Assembly (NCBI GenBank): GCA_965197905.1
Contig: CBDAOB010000005.1
Location: 704,001-768,000 of the forward strand
Direction of reading: 5' to 3'
Length of the DNA: 64,000 nt
DNA from: Candidatus Latescibacterota bacterium
Lineage (GTDB): Bacteria > Latescibacterota > UBA2968 > UBA8231
Each line of letters begins with the position of its first letter. Position 1 is the first letter of the stretch. The notes under the pieces are model-generated. The model was not told the DNA's origin. It made no database searches and was given only the letters and a program-made list of their open reading frames with translations. The position numbers and the translations under genes were made by a program. Shown piece by piece: positions 28,882 to 38,960 of the stretch.

Positions 28882-29616
28882 ATGAGTAGTTGGATAACAC
28901 ATAAACATATGATGCTAGGGGCGGCTGCTGTCGCCGTACCCTTACTGATGCTCGTTGACAAACAGAGCATCGCTCAGAATAGCGAAACAGCCGCTATGAG
29001 CTTCTTCATTACCAGCCAGGGTCCTGGCAACGGGGCGGATCTGGGCGGGCTGTCGGGTGCCGATGCCCATTGCGAGGCACTCGCTGATGCAGTAGGCGCG
29101 GGAGACGAAACCTGGCGCGCCTACTTGAGCGCGGCGCAGCGTTCCGGAGTCGAGGTGGTCAACGCGCGCGATCGCATCGGCAAGGGACCCTGGTTCAACG
29201 CGGCAGGTGTGAAGGTTGCGGACGACGTTGAGGAGCTGCACGGCGAGAACAACCTGTCGAAGGAAACGGCTCTCGACGAACTTGGCGGAGCAGTGAACGG
29301 TCGCGGAGATAGTCCCAACCGCCACGATATCCTCACCGGATCTCAGCTGGACGGTACCGCTTTCCCCGAAGGGGAAGAGCGCACCTGTGACGACTGGACC
29401 AGCAGCGATTCGGGAAGCGCCCAGCTGGGACATCACGATCGCCAGGGGGGTGGCACCAACCCGACCTCGTGGAATTCGGCGCACGGTTCGAGGGGGTGCA
29501 GCCAGAGCGCGCTGCGCGGCACGGGGGGCGACGGGCTCTTCTATTGCTTCGCGCTGGACGTGCCGACCGCGGTCGAGGAAACCTCATGGGGGGCCTTCAA
29601 GCGGCTTTCAAAGTGA
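28882..29616 (+). CDS. Secreted endostatin/C-type lectin-like protein with SWGxxK tail
   Basis: SFFITS.GPG.GADLGGL.GADAHC, WRAYLS, HDILTGS, SWNSAH and GLFYCFA; tail TAVEETSWGAFK. Confidence 0.8.
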   Translation: MSSWITHKHMMLGAAAVAVPLLMLVDKQSIAQNSETAAMSFFITSQGPGNGADLGGLSGADAHCEALADAVGAGDETWRAYLSAAQRSGVEVVNARDRIGKGPWFNAAGVKVADDVEELHGENNLSKETALDELGGAVNGRGDSPNRHDILTGSQLDGTAFPEGEERTCDDWTSSDSGSAQLGHHDRQGGGTNPTSWNSAHGSRGCSQSALRGTGGDGLFYCFALDVPTAVEETSWGAFKRLSK

Positions 29617-30620
29617 AACTCCTGGCGATAACCATCATCGTTGCACTTGCTACCCTCGGATGCGACTCCGACGCGGAGAAGTCGATGCTTATGACGCAGG
29701 CGGCGGGTGATTCGGAGATCTTCGTACCTACGTTTGAGGAGTACCCGGTGCCGGCCGGTTCGCGACCTCACGATGTCGCTCCGGGAGCGGACGGCATCGT
29801 TTGGTACACCGCCCAACGGCAGGCGGCACTCGGTCGCCTCGATCCCGCCACCGGAGAAACCAGGCATATTGCCCTCGGGACAGGGGCCGCGCCCCACGGA
29901 GTGATCGTCGGTCCCGATGACCTGGCCTGGGTCACCGACAGTGGTCTGAACGCAATCGTCAGCGTCCATCAGGTTACGGAAGAGGTTCGTATCTTTCCCC
30001 TGCCTGAAGGATCGAGCAGAGCCAATCTAAACACCGCAACCTTCGACCTTGATGGTGTTCTGTGGTTCACTGGTCAGAACGGAATCTACGGTCGGCTGGA
30101 TCCCGAAGTCGGGGAAGTCGAGGTGTTCCCCTCGCCCCGAGGTCGAGGTCCTTACGGCATTGCAACCACGCCGAATGGTTCGGTCTATTTCGCTTCGCTC
30201 GCCGGAAGTTACGTCGGTCACATCGCGTTGCAGACCGCCGAGGTTGTCGTACTCGAGCCGCCCACCGGTGGCCAGGGGGCTCGACGGGTCTGGTCCGACT
30301 CGAGTGGTCGTATCTGGGTAAGCGAGTGGAACAGCGGTCAGCTTGCGCTATACGATCCTGCTACCGGGGCGTGGAAGGAGTGGCGCTTGCCGGGAGAGCG
30401 ACCGCGTCCGTACGCAGTCTACGTCGACGACGTGGACATGGTCTGGTTGAGCGATTTCGGCGCCAACGCTCTGGTCCGCTTCGATCCCGCGATTGAGATG
30501 TTCGAAGTTTTCGAGCTTCCCAGCGCCGGCGCGAATGTCCGCCAGATTCTAGGACGCCCGGGAGAGGTGTGGGGTGCCGAATCGGGCACGGACAAACTCG
30601 TTGTGATTCGAACGCGGTAA
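29613..30620 (+). CDS. Vgb (virginiamycin B lyase)-like beta-propeller lipoprotein
   Basis: RPHDVAP, APHGV, NLNT, GPYGI, GARRVWSD and VRQILGRPGEVWGAESG; lipobox TLGC; GTG overlaps the upstream TGA. Confidence 0.85.
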   Translation: MKLLAITIIVALATLGCDSDAEKSMLMTQAAGDSEIFVPTFEEYPVPAGSRPHDVAPGADGIVWYTAQRQAALGRLDPATGETRHIALGTGAAPHGVIVGPDDLAWVTDSGLNAIVSVHQVTEEVRIFPLPEGSSRANLNTATFDLDGVLWFTGQNGIYGRLDPEVGEVEVFPSPRGRGPYGIATTPNGSVYFASLAGSYVGHIALQTAEVVVLEPPTGGQGARRVWSDSSGRIWVSEWNSGQLALYDPATGAWKEWRLPGERPRPYAVYVDDVDMVWLSDFGANALVRFDPAIEMFEVFELPSAGANVRQILGRPGEVWGAESGTDKLVVIRTR

Positions 30621-30708
30621 TCGCCGCGCGTTATTCGCCTCCGCTCCTAGCCATTCATATATTCCCCGAACCAAACTTTCGACCCGCTTGAATGAAAGGA
30701 CATGAGGG

Positions 30709-32796
30709 ATGGGTATTTCAACCCAGGCCGATCTCTACATCTCTCCACAAGGCAACAATGAATGGTCGGGAGCGCTTCCGGAGCCCAATTCCGACGGTAC
30801 CGACGGCCCTTTGGCCACGCTCGAAAGAGCGCGGGAGGAGCTCTTCCTGCGCAAGGAGGAGGGGAAGCTTTCGGGCCCCGCAACGGTGCTCTTTCGTGGC
30901 GGGCGTTATCCGATCAAGAAGACGATCAAGTTCACGCCGGCGGACTCCTGGCCGACCACCTACCGCGCCTACCCTGGAGAGCAGCCGATCCTGGACGGGG
31001 GCACGCCGATCGAAGGCTGGCGTGTCGAAAAACGGAACGGCATCGAGATGTGGGTGACCGAAGTCGCCGACGTGGCTGGCGGTCGCTCCTACTTTCACCA
31101 GCTCTTCGTCAACGGCAAACGCCGGCGTCGTCCGCGGCTGCCCAAGGAGGGGCGCTACACCGTCAAAGCCGTGCCGGCCACCCACTCCTTCGCGCCGGAG
31201 TACTGGGGGGCGGAAGGAAGCTTCTACTGTAACGACGGGGAGATTCAGGAGTGGGACAACCTCACCGACGTGGACGTGGTGGCGATGCACCGGTGGGTGG
31301 AAGAACGGTTGCCGATCTCCGCGTTCGATTCCGAAACCAACCTGGTGGAGTCGTCACGCTACTGCATCTTCCCGCTGGATCCGGGTGATGCGGCGGACGG
31401 TCAGGCGCCCAAGTTCTACGTGGATAACGTCAAAGAAGCGCTGCGCGAGCCGGGGGAGTGGTACCTCGATCGGCCCACGGGGGAGCTCTGTTACATCCCG
31501 CTGCCGGGTGAAACCCTGGACTCGGCGGAGATCTTTGCGCCCGAGATCGAACAACTGATTCGCCTAGAGGGCGATCCGGACAACGGGCAGTACGTGGAGC
31601 AGCTGCATTTCGTCGGCCTCGGTTTCGAGCACACCGAGTGGAGTCTGCCTCCAGGAGGGGGCGAGCGCTGGGTGCCCCACTATCAGGCCGAGCTGGATTA
31701 CGGCAGCGCACCGCAGGGGGCCTGTCATGTACCTGGTGCCATCTCGCTTTCGGGAGCGCGCTACTGCAGCATCGAGGATTGTACCATCCAGAACATCGGC
31801 TGGTACGGCATCGAGCTCACGGCCGGGAGTCAGGGCAACTACATCGTCGGCAACACCGTGCTCGACCTGGGTGCCGGCGGCCTCAAGGCAGAGTCTCGCG
31901 GGTATCCCAACTCAGAAGTGCCGCTGCAAAGACACACCGGCGCCAATCGAATCACCGACAATCACATCGGTGACGGCGGCCATGTCTTTCACGCCGCGCT
32001 CGGTGTGCATTGCATGGAATGTTTTGGCACGGTGATCGCCCACAATCATATCCACGATTTCTTCTACAGCGGCATCAACTGTGGCTGGAGCTGGGGATAC
32101 GGCGTGCACATCGCCAAGGACAACCTGATCGAAAAGAACCACATCCACGACATCGGCCATGCGCTGCTCAGCGACATGGGGGCGATCTACATGCTGGGGG
32201 TACAGCCGGGAACGGTCGTGCGGGGTAACGTGGTCCACGACGTGGAGAAGTCGGCCTACGGTGGTTGGGGCATCTACCTAGACGAGGGCAGCTCCCACAT
32301 GATCATCGAGAACAACGTCAGCTACAACTGCAGCAGTCAGGCGTTCGTGCAGCACTACGGCCGCGAGAACATCGTGCGCAACAATATCCTTGCCTTGGGT
32401 CGCGAGGGGCAGGTGCGACTCGGACGAGGCGAGGACCACAACGCCTTTACCTTCGAGCGCAACGTGGTGATCACCAACGGTCAGCCATGTTACACCGGGG
32501 GTAGACGCTGGGTGGTAGAAAAGAAAGCGATCAGCACTGATCTCAATCTGTTCTGGGACGTGTCGGGCACACCGCTGCTGTGTGGCAGCGCCCCTCACGG
32601 CTTGAAGCAGAACGAGTACGACCTCGAGGGATGGCAGGGGATGGGGTACGACATCCATTCGGTGATCGCCGATCCCAAGTGCCGCGATATCGAGAACTTC
32701 GATTTCATGTTGGAAGAGGATTCTCCGGCCTGGGCTCTGGGTTTCAAGCCGATCGACGTATCGGATGTCGGACCCCGCACAAAACAGAATCGTTGA
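30709..32796 (+). CDS. Right-handed parallel beta-helix protein (pectin-lyase fold, GH141-like)
   Basis: YISPQGN..DGPLATLERA, PGEWYLD, IAHNHIHD, LSDMGAIY and GIYLDEGSS. Confidence 0.85.
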   Translation: MGISTQADLYISPQGNNEWSGALPEPNSDGTDGPLATLERAREELFLRKEEGKLSGPATVLFRGGRYPIKKTIKFTPADSWPTTYRAYPGEQPILDGGTPIEGWRVEKRNGIEMWVTEVADVAGGRSYFHQLFVNGKRRRRPRLPKEGRYTVKAVPATHSFAPEYWGAEGSFYCNDGEIQEWDNLTDVDVVAMHRWVEERLPISAFDSETNLVESSRYCIFPLDPGDAADGQAPKFYVDNVKEALREPGEWYLDRPTGELCYIPLPGETLDSAEIFAPEIEQLIRLEGDPDNGQYVEQLHFVGLGFEHTEWSLPPGGGERWVPHYQAELDYGSAPQGACHVPGAISLSGARYCSIEDCTIQNIGWYGIELTAGSQGNYIVGNTVLDLGAGGLKAESRGYPNSEVPLQRHTGANRITDNHIGDGGHVFHAALGVHCMECFGTVIAHNHIHDFFYSGINCGWSWGYGVHIAKDNLIEKNHIHDIGHALLSDMGAIYMLGVQPGTVVRGNVVHDVEKSAYGGWGIYLDEGSSHMIIENNVSYNCSSQAFVQHYGRENIVRNNILALGREGQVRLGRGEDHNAFTFERNVVITNGQPCYTGGRRWVVEKKAISTDLNLFWDVSGTPLLCGSAPHGLKQNEYDLEGWQGMGYDIHSVIADPKCRDIENFDFMLEEDSPAWALGFKPIDVSDVGPRTKQNR

Positions 32797-32803
32797 GGGC
32801 GAG

Positions 32804-34402
32804 ATGGTAATCGATCGAACCACGGGGCATCCGACTACGGGTCCGCTGCTGGACTGGTGGTACGTGCACGCCGGTTACATGGGTTTCAAAGACGGGGAAT
32901 CGAGAACCTGGGACGCTCCGTCGGGCATCGAGATCGAGGTGCAGGCAGCGGACACGTCGGATCCCCTGATCCTGCCCGACCAGCCCTGGGAGCGGGACGG
33001 TCACGGCGCGGTGGGTTCGTTCTATAAAAGGAACGGCACCTACATCATGTATTACCGGGCCAACCCCGGTGGGCTCTGTCGCGCCGAAAGCAAGGATGGA
33101 TTCAACTGGACCAAGCCGGAGCTGGGGGCGGTGGATTTTGAGGGGTCGAAAGCAAACAACATCGCCAGCACTAGCCACGGCCGGGTCTTCGAGGATTCGT
33201 CGGCGCCGCCGGAGGAACGCTTCAAAGCGACCGGTGGCTACGGCGGCATGTACGTCCGCGACCGGGACCAGGACGGCAACCTGGTGGAGGTGAAAGCCGC
33301 CAGGGAAGCCACCGGGAGTATTGGCAACACCCCCGACTCGGTGGTTACCGACATCCTGAGGCAACAAGAGACGCTGGTGGAGAAGTATCCGGGGCCGTGG
33401 GGACAGCTGAAGTCATTTCTCACCGGAGCCGTTTCACCGGACGGTCTCGACTGGACCGAGCTGGAAAAACCGTTGCTGGAGGAGTTCGTGGATGGCGACA
33501 ACATTGTCTTCTACGATGAGCACCTTGGCAAATACGTCGGATACCTGCGCTACCACATGGCCGGCCGGCGTTGCGTTGGGCGTTCGGTCAGCGACGATTT
33601 CCGCACCTTCAGTCCGGAGCAGCTGATGGTGTTGAGCGATCCGTTGGACCCGCCCGACGTGTCATTCTACAACCATGCCTACACGCGCTACCCCGGCCGC
33701 GACGACCTGCACCTGATGCTGCTGTCACGCTTCGCCCAGTCCGTGCCGACCATCGATATCCAGCTGGCCGTGAGCCACGACGGGCTCTACTGGTGCCGGC
33801 CCGATCGCAGCAACCACCTCATCGACAATTACTCCGAAGGGTTCGGTCACGGCGCCATGCTGTACTGCGGACCCGGGCTCCTGGAGATGCCGGACGGTCG
33901 TTACGGCGCCGTCTATTTCGGCAACGCACGCAGGGACGCCAATCGCACCGACTTCGAGGAGTTCCCCATTCGGCTGGCATCGTGGCCGAAGGATCGGCTG
34001 GGCGGCATCCGGGCGAAAGGGCACGGTCGTTTTACGCTGCGCCAGGAACAGTATCGCGCGCCAGAGGATTGCCCGGACTGCATTGCAGCGCCGATCCACG
34101 ACAAATTTCCGCCCCTTGCCGATCCGAACGAAGCGCCGCGACAGCTCAGGCTCAACTACAAGACCGAATCCGGCGGATGGATCAAAGCCGAGCTGATCAC
34201 CCACATCGGTCCCAAACCGCACAACTCGGGTTCGATTTCGGCTATCCCGGGGTATAGCTTCGAAGACTGCGATCCGCTCCAGGGAGATGAGCTGGACGGA
34301 GTAGTCACCTGGAAGGGGAAGGACGACGTGGCGCGCCTGTCAGATACGCTGACGATTCGCATCGAAATGCACAGAGCTATTCTGTTTTCATTCCGCCTGT
34401 AA
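32804..34402 (+). CDS. Beta-propeller hydrolase-like protein (divergent paralog 3)
   Basis: AESKDGFNWTKP, SPDGLDW, QLAVSHDG, IPGYSFEDCDPL.GD...VTW and LFSF. Confidence 0.65.
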   Translation: MVIDRTTGHPTTGPLLDWWYVHAGYMGFKDGESRTWDAPSGIEIEVQAADTSDPLILPDQPWERDGHGAVGSFYKRNGTYIMYYRANPGGLCRAESKDGFNWTKPELGAVDFEGSKANNIASTSHGRVFEDSSAPPEERFKATGGYGGMYVRDRDQDGNLVEVKAAREATGSIGNTPDSVVTDILRQQETLVEKYPGPWGQLKSFLTGAVSPDGLDWTELEKPLLEEFVDGDNIVFYDEHLGKYVGYLRYHMAGRRCVGRSVSDDFRTFSPEQLMVLSDPLDPPDVSFYNHAYTRYPGRDDLHLMLLSRFAQSVPTIDIQLAVSHDGLYWCRPDRSNHLIDNYSEGFGHGAMLYCGPGLLEMPDGRYGAVYFGNARRDANRTDFEEFPIRLASWPKDRLGGIRAKGHGRFTLRQEQYRAPEDCPDCIAAPIHDKFPPLADPNEAPRQLRLNYKTESGGWIKAELITHIGPKPHNSGSISAIPGYSFEDCDPLQGDELDGVVTWKGKDDVARLSDTLTIRIEMHRAILFSFRL

Positions 34403-34429
34403 ACCAAGAACTTCGACCGGAGATTTCAG

Positions 34430-35260
34430 ATGCCAAAATCAGGAAACAAACCATCGGCCCATCTCTATCCAGAAGGGGGACCGGGAAGACAGCTGAAGGG
34501 ACGCCTAAAGAATGGGGAGGTGTTGGTTGGCGGTGTAATCGCCGAGTACACCCGTCCGATGATTATTCGCTATTACCAGCAAGCGGGATTCGACTTCATC
34601 TTCATCGAGAACGAGCACATGTTCTTCGACCCGACCCACTTGGTGGACACCGTGCAGTCCGCCCGCGACAACGGGTTGCCGGTGATGGCCAAACCGCCGA
34701 CGCTGGAACGAGGCGAGCTGGCAAAGATGCTGGAAGCCGGCATCGTCGGAATCCAACTGCCGCGAACCGAAACGAAGGAAGACATCGAAATTCTGGTGGA
34801 CTGGACGAAGTACACCCCCCAAGGAAATCGGGCGCTGGCCTCCGGGTACGGCAACAGCGACTACGTGCGCATAACCGACAAGCGTGCCTGGATGGATGAG
34901 CAGAACGAGGAGCTGACCATCGTAGCACAGATCGAGACACGTAAGGGATACGAACATGCGGAAGAGATCATCTCCGCCGACGGCGTCGATATGTGTTACG
35001 TAGGTCCCGGAGATTTTTCGGTCGAGATGGGTCAACCCGGAAACGCCGAACATCCGGACGTACGCGGACCCATGGAAGAGATTCTCGAGATCTGCAAATC
35101 CCACAAGGTGCCTTTCGGTACCACGGCGGCCAACAACGAAGCGGCGGCGCGCTGGATAGAAAAAGGAGCGGTCTTCTTCGAAGCCGTGGACGAGCGCGTG
35201 CTGCTCATTGAGGGCGCGACGCGAATCGTAGAGGATTTCCGCGAGATGCTCGCCAAGTAG
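34430..35260 (+). CDS. HpcH/HpaI aldolase family protein
   Basis: GFDFIFIENEH, QIET and YVGPGDFS. Confidence 0.88.
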   Translation: MPKSGNKPSAHLYPEGGPGRQLKGRLKNGEVLVGGVIAEYTRPMIIRYYQQAGFDFIFIENEHMFFDPTHLVDTVQSARDNGLPVMAKPPTLERGELAKMLEAGIVGIQLPRTETKEDIEILVDWTKYTPQGNRALASGYGNSDYVRITDKRAWMDEQNEELTIVAQIETRKGYEHAEEIISADGVDMCYVGPGDFSVEMGQPGNAEHPDVRGPMEEILEICKSHKVPFGTTAANNEAAARWIEKGAVFFEAVDERVLLIEGATRIVEDFREMLAK

Positions 35261-35268
35261 CTGAGCGA

Positions 35269-36720
35269 ATGAACGGAACCAGCTTCGAGATTCCCAAAGG
35301 TCAGCGCCAGCTGTTCATCGACGGCCACGGCGTGAGATCGATGGAGAACCTCACCCAAGTTTTGCACCAGCCTTCGAAAAAAGGGGCGGTGTTGCGACCC
35401 GCGCTAGGGGATCACGCGATGCAGACGCGCTCCGCCCCTCATTGGGATCCGGAACGGGAGGAGTTTCGTCTGTTGGCGCAGATGTCTTGGTATCGCAGTG
35501 CCGACGGACTTCACTGGACGAAGGTGCCGGAGGAGCTGCAGCCGGAGGGTGGTAGAGCCGAGTTCCACGCGCTGCGGGACAACGCCGATCCCGATCCGAA
35601 AAGACGGTACAAAGGACTCACCAGCCACGTGATCAATATGGATACGGGGAAACGGGTGGTGAATTCGTCGGAACGGGTCGACCCGGAGGGCAAGCCGTGG
35701 CCGGGAACTCACTTCGAGCGCAACCTGGACTTCCTGGTTTCGGCGGACGGTTTCAGCTGGCAGCGGTTGGACGCCGCGGTCTCCAGCTTCGACGAGCACA
35801 ATATGAGCTACGATCCGGTGGACGGGCAGTACTTGTTGAGCTTCAAGAAGACCGGTACCTACGGCCGTGCCCACATGATCAGCACAAGCTCCGATTTTCA
35901 GCACTGGAGCGATCCGTTCATGGCGATCCAGTCGGACGACCTGGCCCAGGAGCTGGGCCGACTGCACATCGAGGAGTTTCTCAAATCCTCCAACGCCGAA
36001 TACCTCCGTCCCTTTCCAGAAACACCCGACTGGCTGTGGCAGAACGTCGATATCTACAATGTCGGACTGTTTCGCTACGAGGGCATATTTCTCGCCCTCC
36101 CTGCCCTCTACTACGCCAAGGGGGCACGTTGGACCAGCCATACCCTGCGTTTCACCTTGATCGAGCTCTGGTGCGCGCGCGATCTACATCAATGGGAACG
36201 GGTGGGGAACCGCAAAGCCTTCATTCCATGGTCGCCGGGCGGCTCCGGTGCCTACGATCTGAGCAAGAATCTCCCGCCGTCCTATCCGCTGGTTCGCGGG
36301 GATGAGCTGTGGTTCTACTATTCCGGGCGCAAGGAGCAGTCGGTTTTTCCCGAGCCGGATCTCGATGGCGCCGCGGTTTGCCTCGCGGTCTTGCGTCGGG
36401 ATGGTTTCGTCTCATTGAATGCAGGTGCGGACGGTGGTCATCTGCTGACCGAGCCGTTCGTGCCGCCAAGCGCTACCCTTTGGGTCAATGCAGATGCCGG
36501 CAAAGGTCAGCTGCGGATCGAGGCGCTAGATGGCAACGATGAGGTGGTAGCATCCGCGGGACCGATCGAGGGCAACCATCCGCGGCGGGAGATCGAGTGG
36601 ACGAACGGGCATCCAGCCTCTGACGGAACCCCGATCCAGCTGCGATTCTCGATGCGGGACGCAGCGCTCTACTCCTACTGGTTCGAAGAAGAGCCCAATC
36701 TTCCCGGCGGTTTTCGATGA
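35269..36720 (+). CDS. GH32/GH43-like beta-propeller protein (paralog 4)
   Basis: GQRQLFID, DIYNVG, ELWFYY, LAVLRRDGFVSL and LYSYWFE. Confidence 0.7.
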   Translation: MNGTSFEIPKGQRQLFIDGHGVRSMENLTQVLHQPSKKGAVLRPALGDHAMQTRSAPHWDPEREEFRLLAQMSWYRSADGLHWTKVPEELQPEGGRAEFHALRDNADPDPKRRYKGLTSHVINMDTGKRVVNSSERVDPEGKPWPGTHFERNLDFLVSADGFSWQRLDAAVSSFDEHNMSYDPVDGQYLLSFKKTGTYGRAHMISTSSDFQHWSDPFMAIQSDDLAQELGRLHIEEFLKSSNAEYLRPFPETPDWLWQNVDIYNVGLFRYEGIFLALPALYYAKGARWTSHTLRFTLIELWCARDLHQWERVGNRKAFIPWSPGGSGAYDLSKNLPPSYPLVRGDELWFYYSGRKEQSVFPEPDLDGAAVCLAVLRRDGFVSLNAGADGGHLLTEPFVPPSATLWVNADAGKGQLRIEALDGNDEVVASAGPIEGNHPRREIEWTNGHPASDGTPIQLRFSMRDAALYSYWFEEEPNLPGGFR

Positions 36721-37895
36721 AACGGATTGCTCCGGAGTTGCGGGAGGTGCGCCACATCAAGGTCTGTTACAGCAAGCAGACCTACTGTGGGCACCCGAGT
36801 CAATCCGGTCTTCACAACTTCGGCAACGGCGAGATCGCTCTGATGCACAATCACGCAATCTGCGCCTACGGCGCCGAAGAGGATGTATCCCACGGTGTTT
36901 ATTTTCGCGAGGGTGCGTTTCTGCTGCAGCGTTCCTTCGACCACGGCGAGACCTGGAAACGAGGGGACGACCAGGTGGTCTGGGACAACGCGTGGTCCGA
37001 AGAAAAAAAGAAAGGGATCCTCGCAGAGGCGTTGAAGCCCGGAGTCGAGCGCGACGAGATCGACCTCAGCAGTCCCGATGCGATCACCTTCTTCAAACGC
37101 TCGAAAGCCGAGGGCCGGGATTCTCGCGGAAATGAGAATATCGAGACCTTCGCTTTTCGCTCGGCGGATCGGGGTCACACCTAGGAGAAGGTGCCAACCA
37201 GGATTCCCACGCCACACGGCTTCAGCTCGGTGATGGTGGACGCAACTCCACCTGTCCAGTTTCCGGATGGCACTCAGGGAGTGATGGCCGATTTGGATCA
37301 GAGTCAGCTGGCTTTTTACGCCACCGACAACAACGGGCTCGCCTGGCACTACATATCGATGGTGGCCCAGGATTCGGACATGCGGTTCGGACGTTTCGCC
37401 TACCAGCGTTTGCTGCGATTACCCGGAGGACGGTTGCAGTGTTACATGCTGCATCTGGCCGGCATGCGCAATCAGATCCTCGAGATGGCTTACTCGGACG
37501 ATGGGGGGATCAGCTGGAGCGCACCGCAGCCGATCGTGCGGTGGGGGGAATCGCCGTGGGCGAGCCTGCCCCGCGATCGCGTGTGGAGCGGTTCGATTTC
37601 CGGTCCTCTCTACCGCTCCCCATGGCCCCTTCTTCTCAAGGACCGCCGCATCGCCGTGATCTTCGCCCGCAGGAAGCCACCGTTCGGGATGGGCGTGATG
37701 GTGAGCGAAGACGAAGGAGCGACTTGGTCGGCGGAGGCGGTGATTCGAGCGGATGCCAGCGATTGGGATATCGGCTACCCGGTGGCCACTCAGTTGGACG
37801 ACGGTCGGATCTTTACGGCCTACTACTTCATGGAAAACGACGGCAACAAATTCGGCGGCACGCGGTACATCGCCGGTAGTTTCTTCGCCGTTTGA
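36717..37895 (+). pseudogene. Sialidase/BNR Asp-box protein interrupted by an in-frame TAG at 37182-37184
   Basis: Asp-boxes RSFDHGETW, RSADRGHT*, YSDDGGISW and VSEDEGATW; DIGYP; both halves are in the same frame. Confidence 0.85.
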
Positions 37896-37910
37896 AAAAG
37901 GACATGCTCT

Positions 37911-38870
37911 GTGTCACGTGCGTTTGATCTGCTCGACCCGCAGCGTGCGCCACGCGGCGTCGCGACCTTACTGAAAACGCCGTTCAAATCCGAGAATCGC
38001 TTGGACGAGGAGTCTTATCGCCGCCAGGTGCAGCACGTGATCGACGCCGGAACAGTCTTGCTGATACCCGGCATGGTAGGAAGTGAGACCTTTTGTCTGC
38101 CTCCCGAAGATCGCGAGCGCTGTATCGAGATCTCCCTCGAGGAATCCGACGGCCGAGTGCCGGTTTGCGCCGCGGTTGGTGGTATCGGCATCTACGATGT
38201 GGCGAACGCCGCGGTGAAAGCGCAGGAGATGGGGGCGGACATGATTGCTGTGATTCCACCTCCCTGGATAGCGGGGGAGAGGGATGGTGCTGCATGTCTG
38301 GAGCAGGTCGCTCGCAGCGTCGAGCTGACAGTCATGATTCATTCCGCGTTTGGTGCTCCGGCATCGAAGATCTTCAGCGCTGAGACCATCGATCGACTGG
38401 TACGGGAAGTGCCGAACATACGTTATGTGAAGGTGGAGGGACCGCGATGGGTCCAGCAGGCCACGGATATCAAAGAGAAGAGCGGCGACCGCCTCGTGCG
38501 TTTGATGAGCGCCCCCAACTTCGGAGAGGTCTATCGCGCCGGGTGCCGGCTCCTCATGATTGCCGCGCATATCATCGAACCGCTGGTCGCGCTCTTCGAC
38601 GCGCTCGAAGCGGACGACGATGCAAGCGCCGAGCGTATCGAGGCTGATATAGCGCCATATTACGCCGTGGAAGGGTACGTACCGGGGGAGATATGCAACA
38701 AGACCGTAGCGCAATGGCGCGGTATCTTCGCTGACGCGCTCCGCGGGACGCCGCAATTGTCCCCAAGCCCGGCCACCCTGCTCCCCCCCGAGGTTTTGAT
38801 GCTCGCCCGATCGCTGGAGCCGTTGAGGAAATATTTCACGACCTACCCGTTGGAAGTGCCGCCGACCTAG
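37911..38870 (+). CDS. DapA/NanA-family class I aldolase or lyase
   Basis: TPF..RLD, GMVGSE, GRVPV and Schiff-base lysine in RYVKVE. Confidence 0.85.
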   Translation: MSRAFDLLDPQRAPRGVATLLKTPFKSENRLDEESYRRQVQHVIDAGTVLLIPGMVGSETFCLPPEDRERCIEISLEESDGRVPVCAAVGGIGIYDVANAAVKAQEMGADMIAVIPPPWIAGERDGAACLEQVARSVELTVMIHSAFGAPASKIFSAETIDRLVREVPNIRYVKVEGPRWVQQATDIKEKSGDRLVRLMSAPNFGEVYRAGCRLLMIAAHIIEPLVALFDALEADDDASAERIEADIAPYYAVEGYVPGEICNKTVAQWRGIFADALRGTPQLSPSPATLLPPEVLMLARSLEPLRKYFTTYPLEVPPT

Positions 38871-38960
38871 GTGTGTCAGCACGCGATGCGAACTGAGCAA
38901 TCTGACGGAGTCTCGTCATGGACCGCGAGCGCCCCAGATATCAAGTACCGGGCACCTCGC

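Noticed and set aside
29613..30620. Streptogramin resistance gene
   Set aside because: Vgb-like propellers are widespread; similarity alone does not show resistance, and there is no mobile context
1795..37184. Genome-wide TAG recoding suggested by two in-frame TAGs
   Set aside because: TAG ends many genes at their natural C-termini (yciH 6869, Gfo 11834, aminotransferase 18211), so it functions as a normal stop
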